A stretch of DNA of 64,000 bases from an uncultured Caldisericales bacterium (GTDB lineage: Bacteria > Caldisericota > Caldisericia > JAAYUI01): assembly GCA_964639885.1 (NCBI GenBank), contig CAZXEH010000005.1:16278-80277 (forward strand). The letters are read 5' to 3'. The position numbers and the translations under genes are program-made. The notes under the pieces were generated by a model. The model was not told the DNA's origin. It searched no databases and worked only from the letters and a program-made list of their open reading frames with translations. Of the stretch, positions 38,445 to 47,554 are shown one piece after another; the first letter of the stretch is position 1; each line of letters starts with the position of its first letter.

Positions 38445-38981
38445 GTGGAAGAACAATACCTGACAAAACCAAACGGACACAGGATCAGCCTTTTTTATAC
38501 GATAATCATCCTCTCGGCTTTCGGTTTTCTTATCATCCCGCTCGATGCTTTCGGCAAGAGTCTGATCTGGTTGACAATCGTTCTCATTCCTGCTGCTGCA
38601 ACCGGCTTCACCTTCCTTACAAGGCTCATGATGCGTCAGGGTGTCATCCGTTGCAGAATCTGGACTGATGAGGAAACGAAGAGAGTCAATTTCAACATTT
38701 CTTTGATCCAGATTCCGACAGATGAAATAACAAAAATCATTCGTGTCTCAAGGCCGGGTCTGTTCGGTTCAGAGCTTCAGGTTTACACCGACAAGATAAA
38801 TCCTTCTGCAGTCATCGTTTTGGAGGAACTGGCAAACCCGGGCGGTTTGATTGAATCGCTCCGAACAAACGCACCAAGGGCGATCTTCAAAGAAACTTAT
38901 TCCGGACTTCATTTCCTCGATTGGGGGCTCTGGATCTCACTGGCAGCCCTTGCCGTAATCGTCGTGTCAAAGGTGTTGTGA
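38445..38981 (+). CDS. Small membrane protein: two N-terminal TM helices, a roughly 90-aa domain and a C-terminal hydrophobic helix
   Basis: GTG start. Architecture resembles bacterial PH-domain (DUF304-like) membrane proteins. No strong motif. Confidence 0.4.
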   Translation: MEEQYLTKPNGHRISLFYTIIILSAFGFLIIPLDAFGKSLIWLTIVLIPAAATGFTFLTRLMMRQGVIRCRIWTDEETKRVNFNISLIQIPTDEITKIIRVSRPGLFGSELQVYTDKINPSAVIVLEELANPGGLIESLRTNAPRAIFKETYSGLHFLDWGLWISLAALAVIVVSKVL

Positions 38982-39502
38982 AGGTTTTCAGGTCACGCCT
39001 GGGTCTCTCCAGCGGGTGGCTGGTCTTCCTCACAATTCTGCCGGCTCTGTTGATTGTCTGGCTCCCATTGGAGCTAACTTCAAAAACATCGGTCTCTTTG
39101 CTTATTTCGGCCATTCTTTCAAGTTTGGCAATATATTTCGCCCTCAGAATCTTTCCGAAGCAGTCAATCCTTGTCTGTTGTGACGATTTCGTAATCATCA
39201 ACCGGTTTTCCACCAGAATATATGAGGAGATCACCGACATCCAGCTTGTCGACACAGGCAGCATCTCCGGCTGGATGATGATCCTCTCAAACCCTAATTT
39301 GAGAACCGAGCCAGTCAGGGTGCCATTTTCTCAGATACACCTGTCGGAAAACCTGCTTGCACACATCAAGACAAACGCCGAGAAAGCAAGCGTTTCATAC
39401 CACACAAAACTCTTCGGCTCGCTCTCCGAGTGGATAATCGCTCTCGAAGCCTCACTTTTTGTGGTTGGCGCCTTCAGGCTGGTTTTGGCTGCAGTCGCTT
39501 GA
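38978..39502 (+). CDS. Small membrane protein, tandem paralogue of the previous gene
   Basis: Same TM-TM-domain-TM architecture. The likely GTG start at 38978 overlaps the upstream TGA as GTGA, suggesting translational coupling. Confidence 0.4.
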   Translation: MKVFRSRLGLSSGWLVFLTILPALLIVWLPLELTSKTSVSLLISAILSSLAIYFALRIFPKQSILVCCDDFVIINRFSTRIYEEITDIQLVDTGSISGWMMILSNPNLRTEPVRVPFSQIHLSENLLAHIKTNAEKASVSYHTKLFGSLSEWIIALEASLFVVGAFRLVLAAVA

Positions 39503-39527
39503 ACAATTGCGGAACTTGCTTTATAAT
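39499..39527 (+). promoter_or_regulatory. Near-consensus sigma70 promoter (TTGAAC-17 nt-TATAAT)
   Basis: Read directly from the sequence. About 200 nt of untranslated leader follow before the DUF948 ATG at 39732. Confidence 0.5.
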
Positions 39528-39731
39528 TTTGTTTACCCTGTGGTGTGCGTGATCGCTGACATTTACTGCCTATAAGTGAATGTAGGGGCGGAATGGCCAT
39601 CGCTGATGAGCGCTCCGGCAACGGTTCGTTCACTGATACATGATGAGCCTGAATAATGGCCCCACCTGCGATTAGGTGCAGGAAATTAAGGTTGACACGG
39701 CATTTGCGGGGATTGAAAGAAACTCGGAGGC

Positions 39732-40148
39732 TTGATGAGCTCTGATTTGACGTACGTTCTCCAAAGGATGCAGAGTCTGGAAATAGCCCTTTGGATTCTG
39801 ATTGGAATTCTTTTTGTTGCAGCGCTGATGATCGTTATCTTCGTGGTTCCGGCCCTCATTCAGGCAAAAAAGACGTTAAATGAGGCCGAGAAGTCAATGA
39901 AGACTGTAAACACCGAGATTCTCCCCAAGGTAAACACCATCCTTGACGACACGGGACCGGTGCTCAAGAACGCATTGACAACCATAACAAGCGCTGTTCA
40001 AACCGTGCAAACTGTCATTTCGGGAGTGGCTGCGATAAGCAAGTACATCCCAGTCCTGTTCCAACCGGTATTTAGATCGGTTTTTGGAACATTCTTCAAG
40101 CTTGGAGGATTTCTCTTCAAGCGTAACAAAAAAGGAGGAAAAGAATGA
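39732..40148 (+). CDS. DUF948-family membrane protein (YtxG-like)
   Basis: Single N-terminal TM helix followed by a coiled-coil-like region. 138 aa. Confidence 0.55.
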   Translation: MMSSDLTYVLQRMQSLEIALWILIGILFVAALMIVIFVVPALIQAKKTLNEAEKSMKTVNTEILPKVNTILDDTGPVLKNALTTITSAVQTVQTVISGVAAISKYIPVLFQPVFRSVFGTFFKLGGFLFKRNKKGGKE

Positions 40149-40378
40149 GCGACCGTGACAGCGGATTTTTTACAGGAGTGCTCTTCGGAGCGGCAGTCGG
40201 TTTTCTTCTTGGTGTGCTCTTTGCACCTGCAAAAGGTGATGAAACCAGAAAAGTAATCGCTGACAAGTCGAAGGAAGTCGCCGATGACATCAAGGTCAGA
40301 ACCGAAGAAGTCATTGAGAGACTCAAGGCAAAGATCAACGCAAAGGGCGAGCTTGCTGAGGATTCTGAGCTCCACTAG
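40145..40378 (+). CDS. YtxH-like small protein
   Basis: GxxxGxxxG-type N-terminal helix GVLFGAAVGFLLGVLFAP followed by a charged helix. ATGA overlap with the upstream gene. Confidence 0.55.
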   Translation: MSDRDSGFFTGVLFGAAVGFLLGVLFAPAKGDETRKVIADKSKEVADDIKVRTEEVIERLKAKINAKGELAEDSELH

Positions 40379-41574
40379 TGCTTAAGATCTCAAAGGGGGA
40401 CTTTGAAGTCTTCCTCAAAATTGTAGTAATGATTGCGGTAATCGTTGGAGCCGCTTTTTTGCTCTATGTCCTGTGGCTCCTTCGATCCGTTGTCGTTTTG
40501 TTTCTCATCTCCCTGGTGCTGGTTTTCATTCTGCGACCTGCAGTTGACTGGTTTTCAAAAGGATCGGTCAAGTTTAAAAACGGAAAAACCATCAACATCA
40601 GGATTCCAAGAATATTATCAATTTTTCTTGTTTTTGCGCTTGTTTTCCTTTTGCTTTTCTTCATCGTGACACCAATCATCAACCTGATGATTGCCCAGGC
40701 AAATTCACTATTTCAAAATCTTGACAAAATTACCGGCTCCATTTCGGAATGGGCTGAAAAAATCCTCAAGGTCAAGGATGCCCAGATTCAAAGCTACATC
40801 AACACAATCCAAAACAATCTCCAGGAATTCCTTGTCAGCACCATCAAAAGTCTTCCAGGACTGCTTCAGAGCATCTTCACAACCTTTGCCGGTTACATTT
40901 TCAACGCCTTCATCATATTGATCATCACAATCTTTTTCCTCCTTGACTGGGACAAGATCAATCTCGTCATTTTCTCGCTCATTCCGCAAAAAACATCAGA
41001 TACGGCCAAAGGGCTTCTTGGTGCCGTTTACAAACAGATCTGGGGCTACATCAAGGCTCAGGCATCACTGTCATTCATGATCGGTACTCTCATCGCCATT
41101 CTTTCATTCATCCTTGGCTCGGAAGCGTTCCTCATCATTGGAATCGTCGTTGCCCTCGGAGAAATGGTTCCCTATATCGGCCCGATTGTCTCCTTCTCTG
41201 TTGGTTTCCTTCTCGTGCTATTCACGGCAATTTCCCGTGCTGATTTCTCCCTGCTTCTCTGGTATTCAGTAGGATTCCTTGTAATCGAGCAGATTCTGGC
41301 TCAGGCCATTGCAGCCCCTCTGATAGCCAAGAAAGCAAACACCCACCCTCTACTTGTAATTCTGGTCATGTTCAGCTTCACCACTCTGTTCTCCCCGTAT
41401 GCCGTGCTTCTGGCTGTGCCATTCCTGGTTTTTGCCAGAGCCATATTCTCATATCTTATCTCTGAAAAAAAGGTGCTTGAAAAGCTTGGAATCGCTCTTG
41501 AACCGACAACACCGCCACTCTCACCGCTCATCTCAAAACTTCGAAAGCCATTCGGCAAGACTGACAGGAAATGA
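40378..41574 (+). CDS. AI-2E family transporter (PerM/UPF0118)
   Basis: About eight TM helices with typical AI-2E topology. GTG start overlaps the ytxH-like TAG. Confidence 0.7.
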   Translation: MLKISKGDFEVFLKIVVMIAVIVGAAFLLYVLWLLRSVVVLFLISLVLVFILRPAVDWFSKGSVKFKNGKTINIRIPRILSIFLVFALVFLLLFFIVTPIINLMIAQANSLFQNLDKITGSISEWAEKILKVKDAQIQSYINTIQNNLQEFLVSTIKSLPGLLQSIFTTFAGYIFNAFIILIITIFFLLDWDKINLVIFSLIPQKTSDTAKGLLGAVYKQIWGYIKAQASLSFMIGTLIAILSFILGSEAFLIIGIVVALGEMVPYIGPIVSFSVGFLLVLFTAISRADFSLLLWYSVGFLVIEQILAQAIAAPLIAKKANTHPLLVILVMFSFTTLFSPYAVLLAVPFLVFARAIFSYLISEKKVLEKLGIALEPTTPPLSPLISKLRKPFGKTDRK

Positions 41575-42371
41575 TTCAGGCCATCATCACCGATCTGGAC
41601 GGAACACTGCTGACTCCGGACGGAACCATATCTCCTGCAAACAGGGAAATCCTTAAACATGCAATGTCTCATGGTATCAGAGTCATCCTCGCCTCAGGAA
41701 GACGTTACCTCTCCACTGAGAAATTTGCCAGAGAACTCGATCTGGACGAATTTATCATCGCCTATTCCGGTGCATGGGTGAAAAAAACTTCGGCTCCTGT
41801 TCCAATCATTCAATACGAAATGCCCTATGATGCTTCGGTTGAGTACATGCGAGAAGTAAGGGGGAAAGTCGATTTGTGCGGTGTTTATCTGGATGACACT
41901 TTTTATGTGGAACAGAAAAATGATTGCCTTGAACGTTATGAAACCAAATCACACCTAAAAGCTATTGAAGTAAACGATGTTTGTGAGTTCCTGATGGGTG
42001 AAAAGCGCAACCCAACCAAGATTTTCACCCTTGCCAAACCGGAGATTCTTGAGATAATCACAACAGAGATGCGTGAAAGGTTTGAAGGGATTCTCGACTT
42101 TGTAAAATCATGGGAGACCTATCTTGAGGTTGGCCCGATCGGCGTTTCAAAGGGCTCTTCGCTCCTTGAGCTTGCCAGACGTGAAAACCTCAACCTCTCA
42201 AACTGTGTGTTTTTTGGAGATCAGGAAAATGACATCTCCGCCATGGAAGTGGTGGGCATCTCCGTGGCAATGGGCAACGCCACTCAGGAAGTCAAACAAA
42301 AGGCGACAATGATTGCACCTCCGAACTTTGAGGACGGTGTGGCCAAAGTCCTCGAAAGGATAATGGGATGA
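41571..42371 (+). CDS. Cof-type HAD-IIB family phosphatase
   Basis: Motif I ITDLDGTLL, a cap domain, and C-terminal FGDQENDISAM. ATGA overlap upstream. Confidence 0.8.
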   Translation: MIQAIITDLDGTLLTPDGTISPANREILKHAMSHGIRVILASGRRYLSTEKFARELDLDEFIIAYSGAWVKKTSAPVPIIQYEMPYDASVEYMREVRGKVDLCGVYLDDTFYVEQKNDCLERYETKSHLKAIEVNDVCEFLMGEKRNPTKIFTLAKPEILEIITTEMRERFEGILDFVKSWETYLEVGPIGVSKGSSLLELARRENLNLSNCVFFGDQENDISAMEVVGISVAMGNATQEVKQKATMIAPPNFEDGVAKVLERIMG

Positions 42372-44062
42372 GAAAACTGATGCTTCTCCTGTGCCTGTGT
42401 CTTCTTCCGCTGCCGGCACTGGCTGCTGACGGTACAGTTTCCGTAAAGCCAATAGAAAAGTCTGTTCAAGTGGGCGACATCGTAAAAGTCGACATCAGGG
42501 CGGCAGGGCTTGCCAATCTCTACTCTGTCAAATACGAGGTTGTTTATGAAAACAGGATCATCACCTTCAAAGAACTCGAACTTGGCAGTCTTCTTGCCAA
42601 CGACCCAAAACCAATAGCAAACTACACCGTCAAAAAAGACGGAGACAAATCGAGAATAATTTTTGGTGCATCATTTACCAACATAAAAAACAAATTTCCC
42701 GAATCAGGCACATTTTTCACCATCCAGTTCAAGGCAATCGACTCATCCAAGGCATCACCGATAAAAATTGAAAAGATTGAAGGCAGGGACTATCGTTTTG
42801 ACATTGTCAAACTGAACGTTGAGAACTCGGAAATCGCCGTAACCGCACTACCGACAAAGCCAAATCTTGTGATTGACCCTAAAGAGCTCGATTTTGGAAC
42901 TCTCAGATCAGGCGAATCCAAAACGCTCAAATCGCACATCAGCAACGACGCAAAGGCTGGACTCAAGGGCTCAATTGAGCCTGACAACACATGGATTGAG
43001 GTTGATCCGGCAAAGTTCGACAAGGACGAATTCGATGTAACAATCACGGTCAAACCGGTTGACGGCCTGCTCCTGAATAAACAGCACATCGGCTATGTCC
43101 AGGTGGTTACAAACGGCGGTTCCCAGTCAATCAGATGCCGTTTTTACTATCAGGAGACCGCAATCGACGACCTCCCGCCAGACCTGACCATCACTGAGCC
43201 GGCCGATAAGGCGCTCCTCAACAAGTCGGCAATCCGCATAAAGGGAAGAACAAACCCGGGTGTGGCAATCTTCGTCGGCAACAACGCCAAGGAAGTGGGT
43301 GAAGACGGATCTTTTGATTTCCCGTACGACCTCCACGAAGGCGACAACACAATCACGGTCACAGCCAAAAAGGATACCGGAAAAACGACAGACAAAACCA
43401 TTGTCATCACCCTCGACTCAATGCCCCCGCCACTCAACGTGAAAGACCCAGGCGAAACAGTTCACACCAGCCCGATATGGATTGAAGGCGCAACAGAAAA
43501 AACAGCAACCATCAAAGCCGGTGGAAAACCGATCAAACCGGACAGCAACGGTAATTTCAGAATTTCGTTTGACCTGAAGGCAGGTGAGAACAAGCTGGAA
43601 ATAATTGCTGTCGATCAGGCAGGAAACTCGACACCGTGGGGTAAAGTGGTCAAGTTCGTTCCACAGGAAACCATCAGCATAAAAATGTGGGTTGGCAAAC
43701 CTGAAGCATACATCAATGGCGAACTCAGATATCTTGAAGTTCCGCCAACGGTTGTGGGCGGCAGAACCTTCGTTCCGCTCCGCTTCGTTTCTGAAAACTT
43801 CAGGGCCGACGTGAAATGGGATCCAGACACCAGATCAGTCACCGTTCACGGGCAGAACCACTCTTGTACTGTTTTCATTGATTCCAAGAACGCATTCCTG
43901 GACGGCATACCAAAGCTGCTCGAAGCTGCACCGTTCATCAAGAATGGAAAATCCATGGTTCCACTCAGATTCATCTCTCAAGACACGCTCTCGGCAGCCA
44001 TCCTCTGGGACAACAACGAAAAAAGGATAGACCTGACTCTGGTCATCGACATAAAACCGTGA
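42368..44062 (+). CDS. Secreted surface protein with Ig/CARDB-like domains and two C-terminal CAO-N-like domains
   Basis: Signal peptide MRKLMLLLCLCLLPLPALA. C-terminal GRTFVPLRFVSENFRADVKWD and GKSMVPLRFISQDTLSAAILWD. ATGA overlap with the Cof gene. Confidence 0.65.
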   Translation: MRKLMLLLCLCLLPLPALAADGTVSVKPIEKSVQVGDIVKVDIRAAGLANLYSVKYEVVYENRIITFKELELGSLLANDPKPIANYTVKKDGDKSRIIFGASFTNIKNKFPESGTFFTIQFKAIDSSKASPIKIEKIEGRDYRFDIVKLNVENSEIAVTALPTKPNLVIDPKELDFGTLRSGESKTLKSHISNDAKAGLKGSIEPDNTWIEVDPAKFDKDEFDVTITVKPVDGLLLNKQHIGYVQVVTNGGSQSIRCRFYYQETAIDDLPPDLTITEPADKALLNKSAIRIKGRTNPGVAIFVGNNAKEVGEDGSFDFPYDLHEGDNTITVTAKKDTGKTTDKTIVITLDSMPPPLNVKDPGETVHTSPIWIEGATEKTATIKAGGKPIKPDSNGNFRISFDLKAGENKLEIIAVDQAGNSTPWGKVVKFVPQETISIKMWVGKPEAYINGELRYLEVPPTVVGGRTFVPLRFVSENFRADVKWDPDTRSVTVHGQNHSCTVFIDSKNAFLDGIPKLLEAAPFIKNGKSMVPLRFISQDTLSAAILWDNNEKRIDLTLVIDIKP

Positions 44063-44952
44063 GGGCTTCATACGGTTCACTTCAACTGCTGGGTCTGAAG
44101 CCCGGCGGGTACCCGTTTTCACCACGGGCAGTCTTCCTGCTCATCGGAGACGCCTGTGAAGGTGGATGCCTTTTTTGCCCGCAATCATCAGGCAGTCCCG
44201 AAAAGCTTTCAAGGGTCACCTGGCCTGAGGTTGAGGAAGCAGATGTTATTGGTGCAATCCTGAAAACCAAAATTGACCGCGTCTGCATCCAGGCCACAAG
44301 ATCGCCTGCTACGAAACATGAAGTTTTGAGACTCCTGAAAAAGATTGGCGAAGCAACCATCGCCCCAATCTCGGTCTCGATGCACATTGAAACCTTCGAG
44401 GATGCACGTGAACTTCTGGAGGCTGGTGCAGCAAACGTAAGCATGGCACTTGACACGGCAACCGAGGAGCTGAGTCAGCAGATCAAACACAAACCGATAC
44501 TGCAAACCATTGACCTCCTCATCAAAACCGCTTCACATTACCCTGGGCAGGTCACAACACACCTCATCGCCGGACTTGGAGAAACTCAGGAAGAGCTTGT
44601 TGAGCTTGCCAGAGTGCTGATAAGGGCAAACGTCTGTGTCTCGCTTTTCGCCTTCACACCCATTCCGGGAACACAGCTTGAAAATATTCAACAACCTGAG
44701 CTTTCCATCTACAGGCAGCTTCAGGCAGCACTGGCACTCATCAGAAAAGATCACGACTGGAAGATCACTTACAATCACGGATTTATCATCGATCTTGGCG
44801 ATTATAAACCCCACCTCAAACAGTCCGACTTCCAGAACCCGGGCTGCCGTGGCTGCAACAGACCTTATTACAACGAAAAACCAGGCGGGATAATATACAA
44901 CCACCCAAACCCTCCAGACATGGAACAGATCATCAAGGAGATAGGCTTATGA
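44059..44952 (+). CDS. Radical SAM protein of unknown specificity
   Basis: CEGGCLFC matches CX3CX2C about 33 aa from the N-terminus. A second CxxC (CRGC) near the C-terminus. GTG start overlaps the upstream stop as GTGA. Confidence 0.6.
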   Translation: MRASYGSLQLLGLKPGGYPFSPRAVFLLIGDACEGGCLFCPQSSGSPEKLSRVTWPEVEEADVIGAILKTKIDRVCIQATRSPATKHEVLRLLKKIGEATIAPISVSMHIETFEDARELLEAGAANVSMALDTATEELSQQIKHKPILQTIDLLIKTASHYPGQVTTHLIAGLGETQEELVELARVLIRANVCVSLFAFTPIPGTQLENIQQPELSIYRQLQAALALIRKDHDWKITYNHGFIIDLGDYKPHLKQSDFQNPGCRGCNRPYYNEKPGGIIYNHPNPPDMEQIIKEIGL

Positions 44953-46154
44953 AGAGGCTTTCAGTCGTTTTCTGCATCGTGCTTGCTTTGGCAGGTCTTG
45001 CCGGTTGTGGTCAGCAAAAAGCGGACTTACCAAAACTTTCAATTGCTGTCAACTGGAAAACCCTGAAACAGTCAATCATTTACGCCTGTGTAAAGCCGCA
45101 GGCATGGAACATGCCACAAAAGCCTGGTCTTCCAAACCCTGAAATCAACATAAAAGAGATGTTCCCACCACTTTCAACCATCGATGCTCTGGCAGTTTCC
45201 GAAGGAACAGCCGGAAAAATCAAGTCAGTTTCAGACATCATCGAAAAGAGGAAGGATGAGTTCACAAACCTGGTCTTGGGGAGCCTTAAGTCCTGGGATC
45301 TGGCCAAACTTGCCGTCAGAGCCGACAACATCGCAAACATCATGCACGTTGACCAGCCATTCAGGGAAATCGTCATCCAGCCTGACCCAGTAATGCTCTG
45401 GGGGCTCAACCGTGTTTCAATTGACGGTGACAAGGCAACAATCATAGTACCAACCTACATCGGCGATGACAATTTCGATTCAGCCTTCACAAACGCCCTC
45501 ATTAATTTCGGAATGAAGGACAAAAACCCTGATACATCAAGGATTGATGAATTCTGCAAACGAAACAGTGCGTTCCTGCCAGCATGGGAGCAGTTCACCT
45601 GTGACCTCGCTTTTGCAATGTCCACCTGGCTTTCCGGTACGGTTGAACCGGATTATCGTTCATTCATCCTCAAATCGTCACTCGAATTCGGTCACATCTT
45701 TACACCGCAAACCTCGCAGTGGGCAGGCAATTTTTACCAGTTCCTCGGAAACACAAACCTTCAGGAAGTCGTGGAAAACGCTCTCATCGACTGCGAAAAC
45801 CCGCTCTACCAGAAGCTCTACGACAGGCTCAAAAACTCTGCATGGATGGGGCTGACGGTAACCGACACAAAAGAAGGTGTGGCTGTAAACGTTTTTGGAT
45901 CAGAAGAGGCCACAAACTCTGGATTGCTCAAGGGTGACATCATCTTTGACATCGACTCCATGCCGATAAAAGCAGTCTGGAATGTACAAAACATCATGTA
46001 CGACAAGGCACCGGGCGACGAAATCATCATTAAAATAACCAGAGACGAAGATAAGGGCGATGCAAAATCGCTGACAAAACTGGGCTCCGAAAACGGAAAG
46101 ATAATGCTTGCCTACAAACTCAAACTTGTGGCAAAGCACAAACCTGCAATCTAG
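44949..46154 (+). CDS. Lipoprotein with C-terminal PDZ domain
   Basis: Lipobox LAGLAGCG. The C-terminal GLTVTD...GLLKGDIIFDIDSMPI segment looks like a PDZ domain. ATGA overlap with the radical SAM gene. Confidence 0.5.
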   Translation: MKRLSVVFCIVLALAGLAGCGQQKADLPKLSIAVNWKTLKQSIIYACVKPQAWNMPQKPGLPNPEINIKEMFPPLSTIDALAVSEGTAGKIKSVSDIIEKRKDEFTNLVLGSLKSWDLAKLAVRADNIANIMHVDQPFREIVIQPDPVMLWGLNRVSIDGDKATIIVPTYIGDDNFDSAFTNALINFGMKDKNPDTSRIDEFCKRNSAFLPAWEQFTCDLAFAMSTWLSGTVEPDYRSFILKSSLEFGHIFTPQTSQWAGNFYQFLGNTNLQEVVENALIDCENPLYQKLYDRLKNSAWMGLTVTDTKEGVAVNVFGSEEATNSGLLKGDIIFDIDSMPIKAVWNVQNIMYDKAPGDEIIIKITRDEDKGDAKSLTKLGSENGKIMLAYKLKLVAKHKPAI

Positions 46155-46897
46155 AACTTCACTTCCTCTGCAGTTTGAATTGTTGGAACTGAAAGACCAA
46201 GGAAATTCCTCATGATCACTTCACCAAACCAGAAACCTGGCACAGGAAGTTCAGGGTGGAATTGTAAACCATAGATCGGTTTGGTCTTGTGACGGATGCC
46301 TGCAATTATCTCGTAAGATGTTCTGGTTTCGCCAAGCTTTACAAATCCTTCAGGCACCTTTGATATCGACCAGCTGTGTCGCACTGCAACGAGGAAGCCG
46401 GCCATTGGAACCGCTTTGAAAACCGGATCCTGAGCGCTTGAAATAATTGGCAGAAATGTTGCGTTGCCTTGACCACCCTTGAAATCCATCCTTATCGTCT
46501 TGTCCCAGACGGTTGAAATCAATTGATGGCCGTAGCAGATACCAAGCATTGGAATGTCCGATTCCTCGAGTACCTGTCTTGAAAGCGTTCTGAATCCTGC
46601 CGGGTCGCCAACATGATCGGGCGAACCAGAGAAAATTATTGTTTTATCGGTTTTTAGTACCTGATCGGCAGAAAAAACAGACTCACATGTTGTTGTCGGA
46701 ATTTCTGAAAATTTGAACGGATGAAGCGGAATTCCCTGTCTTGTAACCCTTACCATCCTTATGGTTTCGGGATCGACAAGGTTTCTGACCGCAGAAACCA
46801 GAGAATTCAGATGACGAGTGCCAAAATCAACAATCAAAACTTTCTGTGAACCCATGTTTAAAATTATCGGCGCTTTTAAAACCTGTTCAAGTGGCAA
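46151..46897 (-). CDS. Class I glutamine amidotransferase-like protein
   Basis: GATase1 catalytic region ILGICYGHQL with a downstream His. The likely true start is the internal ATG at about 46853-46855 (MGSQKVLIVDFG). Confidence 0.6.
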   Translation of the reverse strand: MPLEQVLKAPIILNMGSQKVLIVDFGTRHLNSLVSAVRNLVDPETIRMVRVTRQGIPLHPFKFSEIPTTTCESVFSADQVLKTDKTIIFSGSPDHVGDPAGFRTLSRQVLEESDIPMLGICYGHQLISTVWDKTIRMDFKGGQGNATFLPIISSAQDPVFKAVPMAGFLVAVRHSWSISKVPEGFVKLGETRTSYEIIAGIRHKTKPIYGLQFHPELPVPGFWFGEVIMRNFLGLSVPTIQTAEEVKF

Positions 46898-46949
46898 AAA
46901 TTAAGATATGGTCAATGATTGAAAAGGTTTTAAATTGTTTGATTTTATT

Positions 46950-46998
46950 ACTTGTAAACAATAAGCCCCGACCATCGGTCGGGGCTATGTTTTGTTTG
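46950..46998 (-). terminator. Bidirectional intrinsic terminator
   Basis: Stem agccccgacc / ggtcggggct with T-rich tracts on both strands. Lies between the lipoprotein gene and the GATase gene. Confidence 0.5.
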
Positions 46999-47006
46999 AA
47001 TACTTT

Positions 47007-47537
47007 TTAAAGAATGAACTCTGCTTTGGTGTTTCCGAGGAAATCAAGTGAGTTGATCTCCATCTTCAATCCAGTGATGCTGAACTTTTCGTCACCGTCA
47101 ACCTTGAAGAAGAACTCGCCCTTTAGTTCTTTGCCAGGTGCAAGTTTTTCGTTGAGCACACCATCGGCAAGCAGTTCGTTGTCGACCGTTTTGTCTGGTG
47201 CAATGTAGAGTTTTCCACCAGCAAGAACAGAGTTGTAATCAACTTCAGCAGTACCGTTGTTCTTTACCGTGTAGGTAACATGGACATAAACCTTGCCGGC
47301 TTCTTCGCCCATGGCAATTCCACCAAGTGTCAGCTGTGGTTTAACCTCAGCTTTTGTGATCAGGTACTCAAGTTCACCAAACTTAACCGGCTGGTAGGCT
47401 GTCGGTTCTGTTTTCACCTCGCCACCGGTTGTTGTTGTTCCACCGTCATCCTTTTTCGGCTCTTCCTTCTCACCGCAGGCAGCGACCATAAATGATACTG
47501 CAAGCACCAGAACAATCATCCAAACAAATTTCTTCAT
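47007..47537 (-). CDS. Small lipoprotein (DUF4352-like)
   Basis: MKKFVWMIVLVLAVSFMVAACG lipobox. 176 aa, beta-rich. Confidence 0.5.
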   Translation of the reverse strand: MKKFVWMIVLVLAVSFMVAACGEKEEPKKDDGGTTTTGGEVKTEPTAYQPVKFGELEYLITKAEVKPQLTLGGIAMGEEAGKVYVHVTYTVKNNGTAEVDYNSVLAGGKLYIAPDKTVDNELLADGVLNEKLAPGKELKGEFFFKVDGDEKFSITGLKMEINSLDFLGNTKAEFIL

Positions 47538-47554
47538 CCAGTCCTCCTTGGAAT

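Noticed and set aside
39590-39660. Two CUGAUGAG-like octamers in the leader, superficially like a hammerhead ribozyme core or C/D box
   Set aside because: No correctly placed GAAA box, stem II/III arrangement or cleavage-site triplet could be built. Bacterial C/D-box RNAs are not expected.
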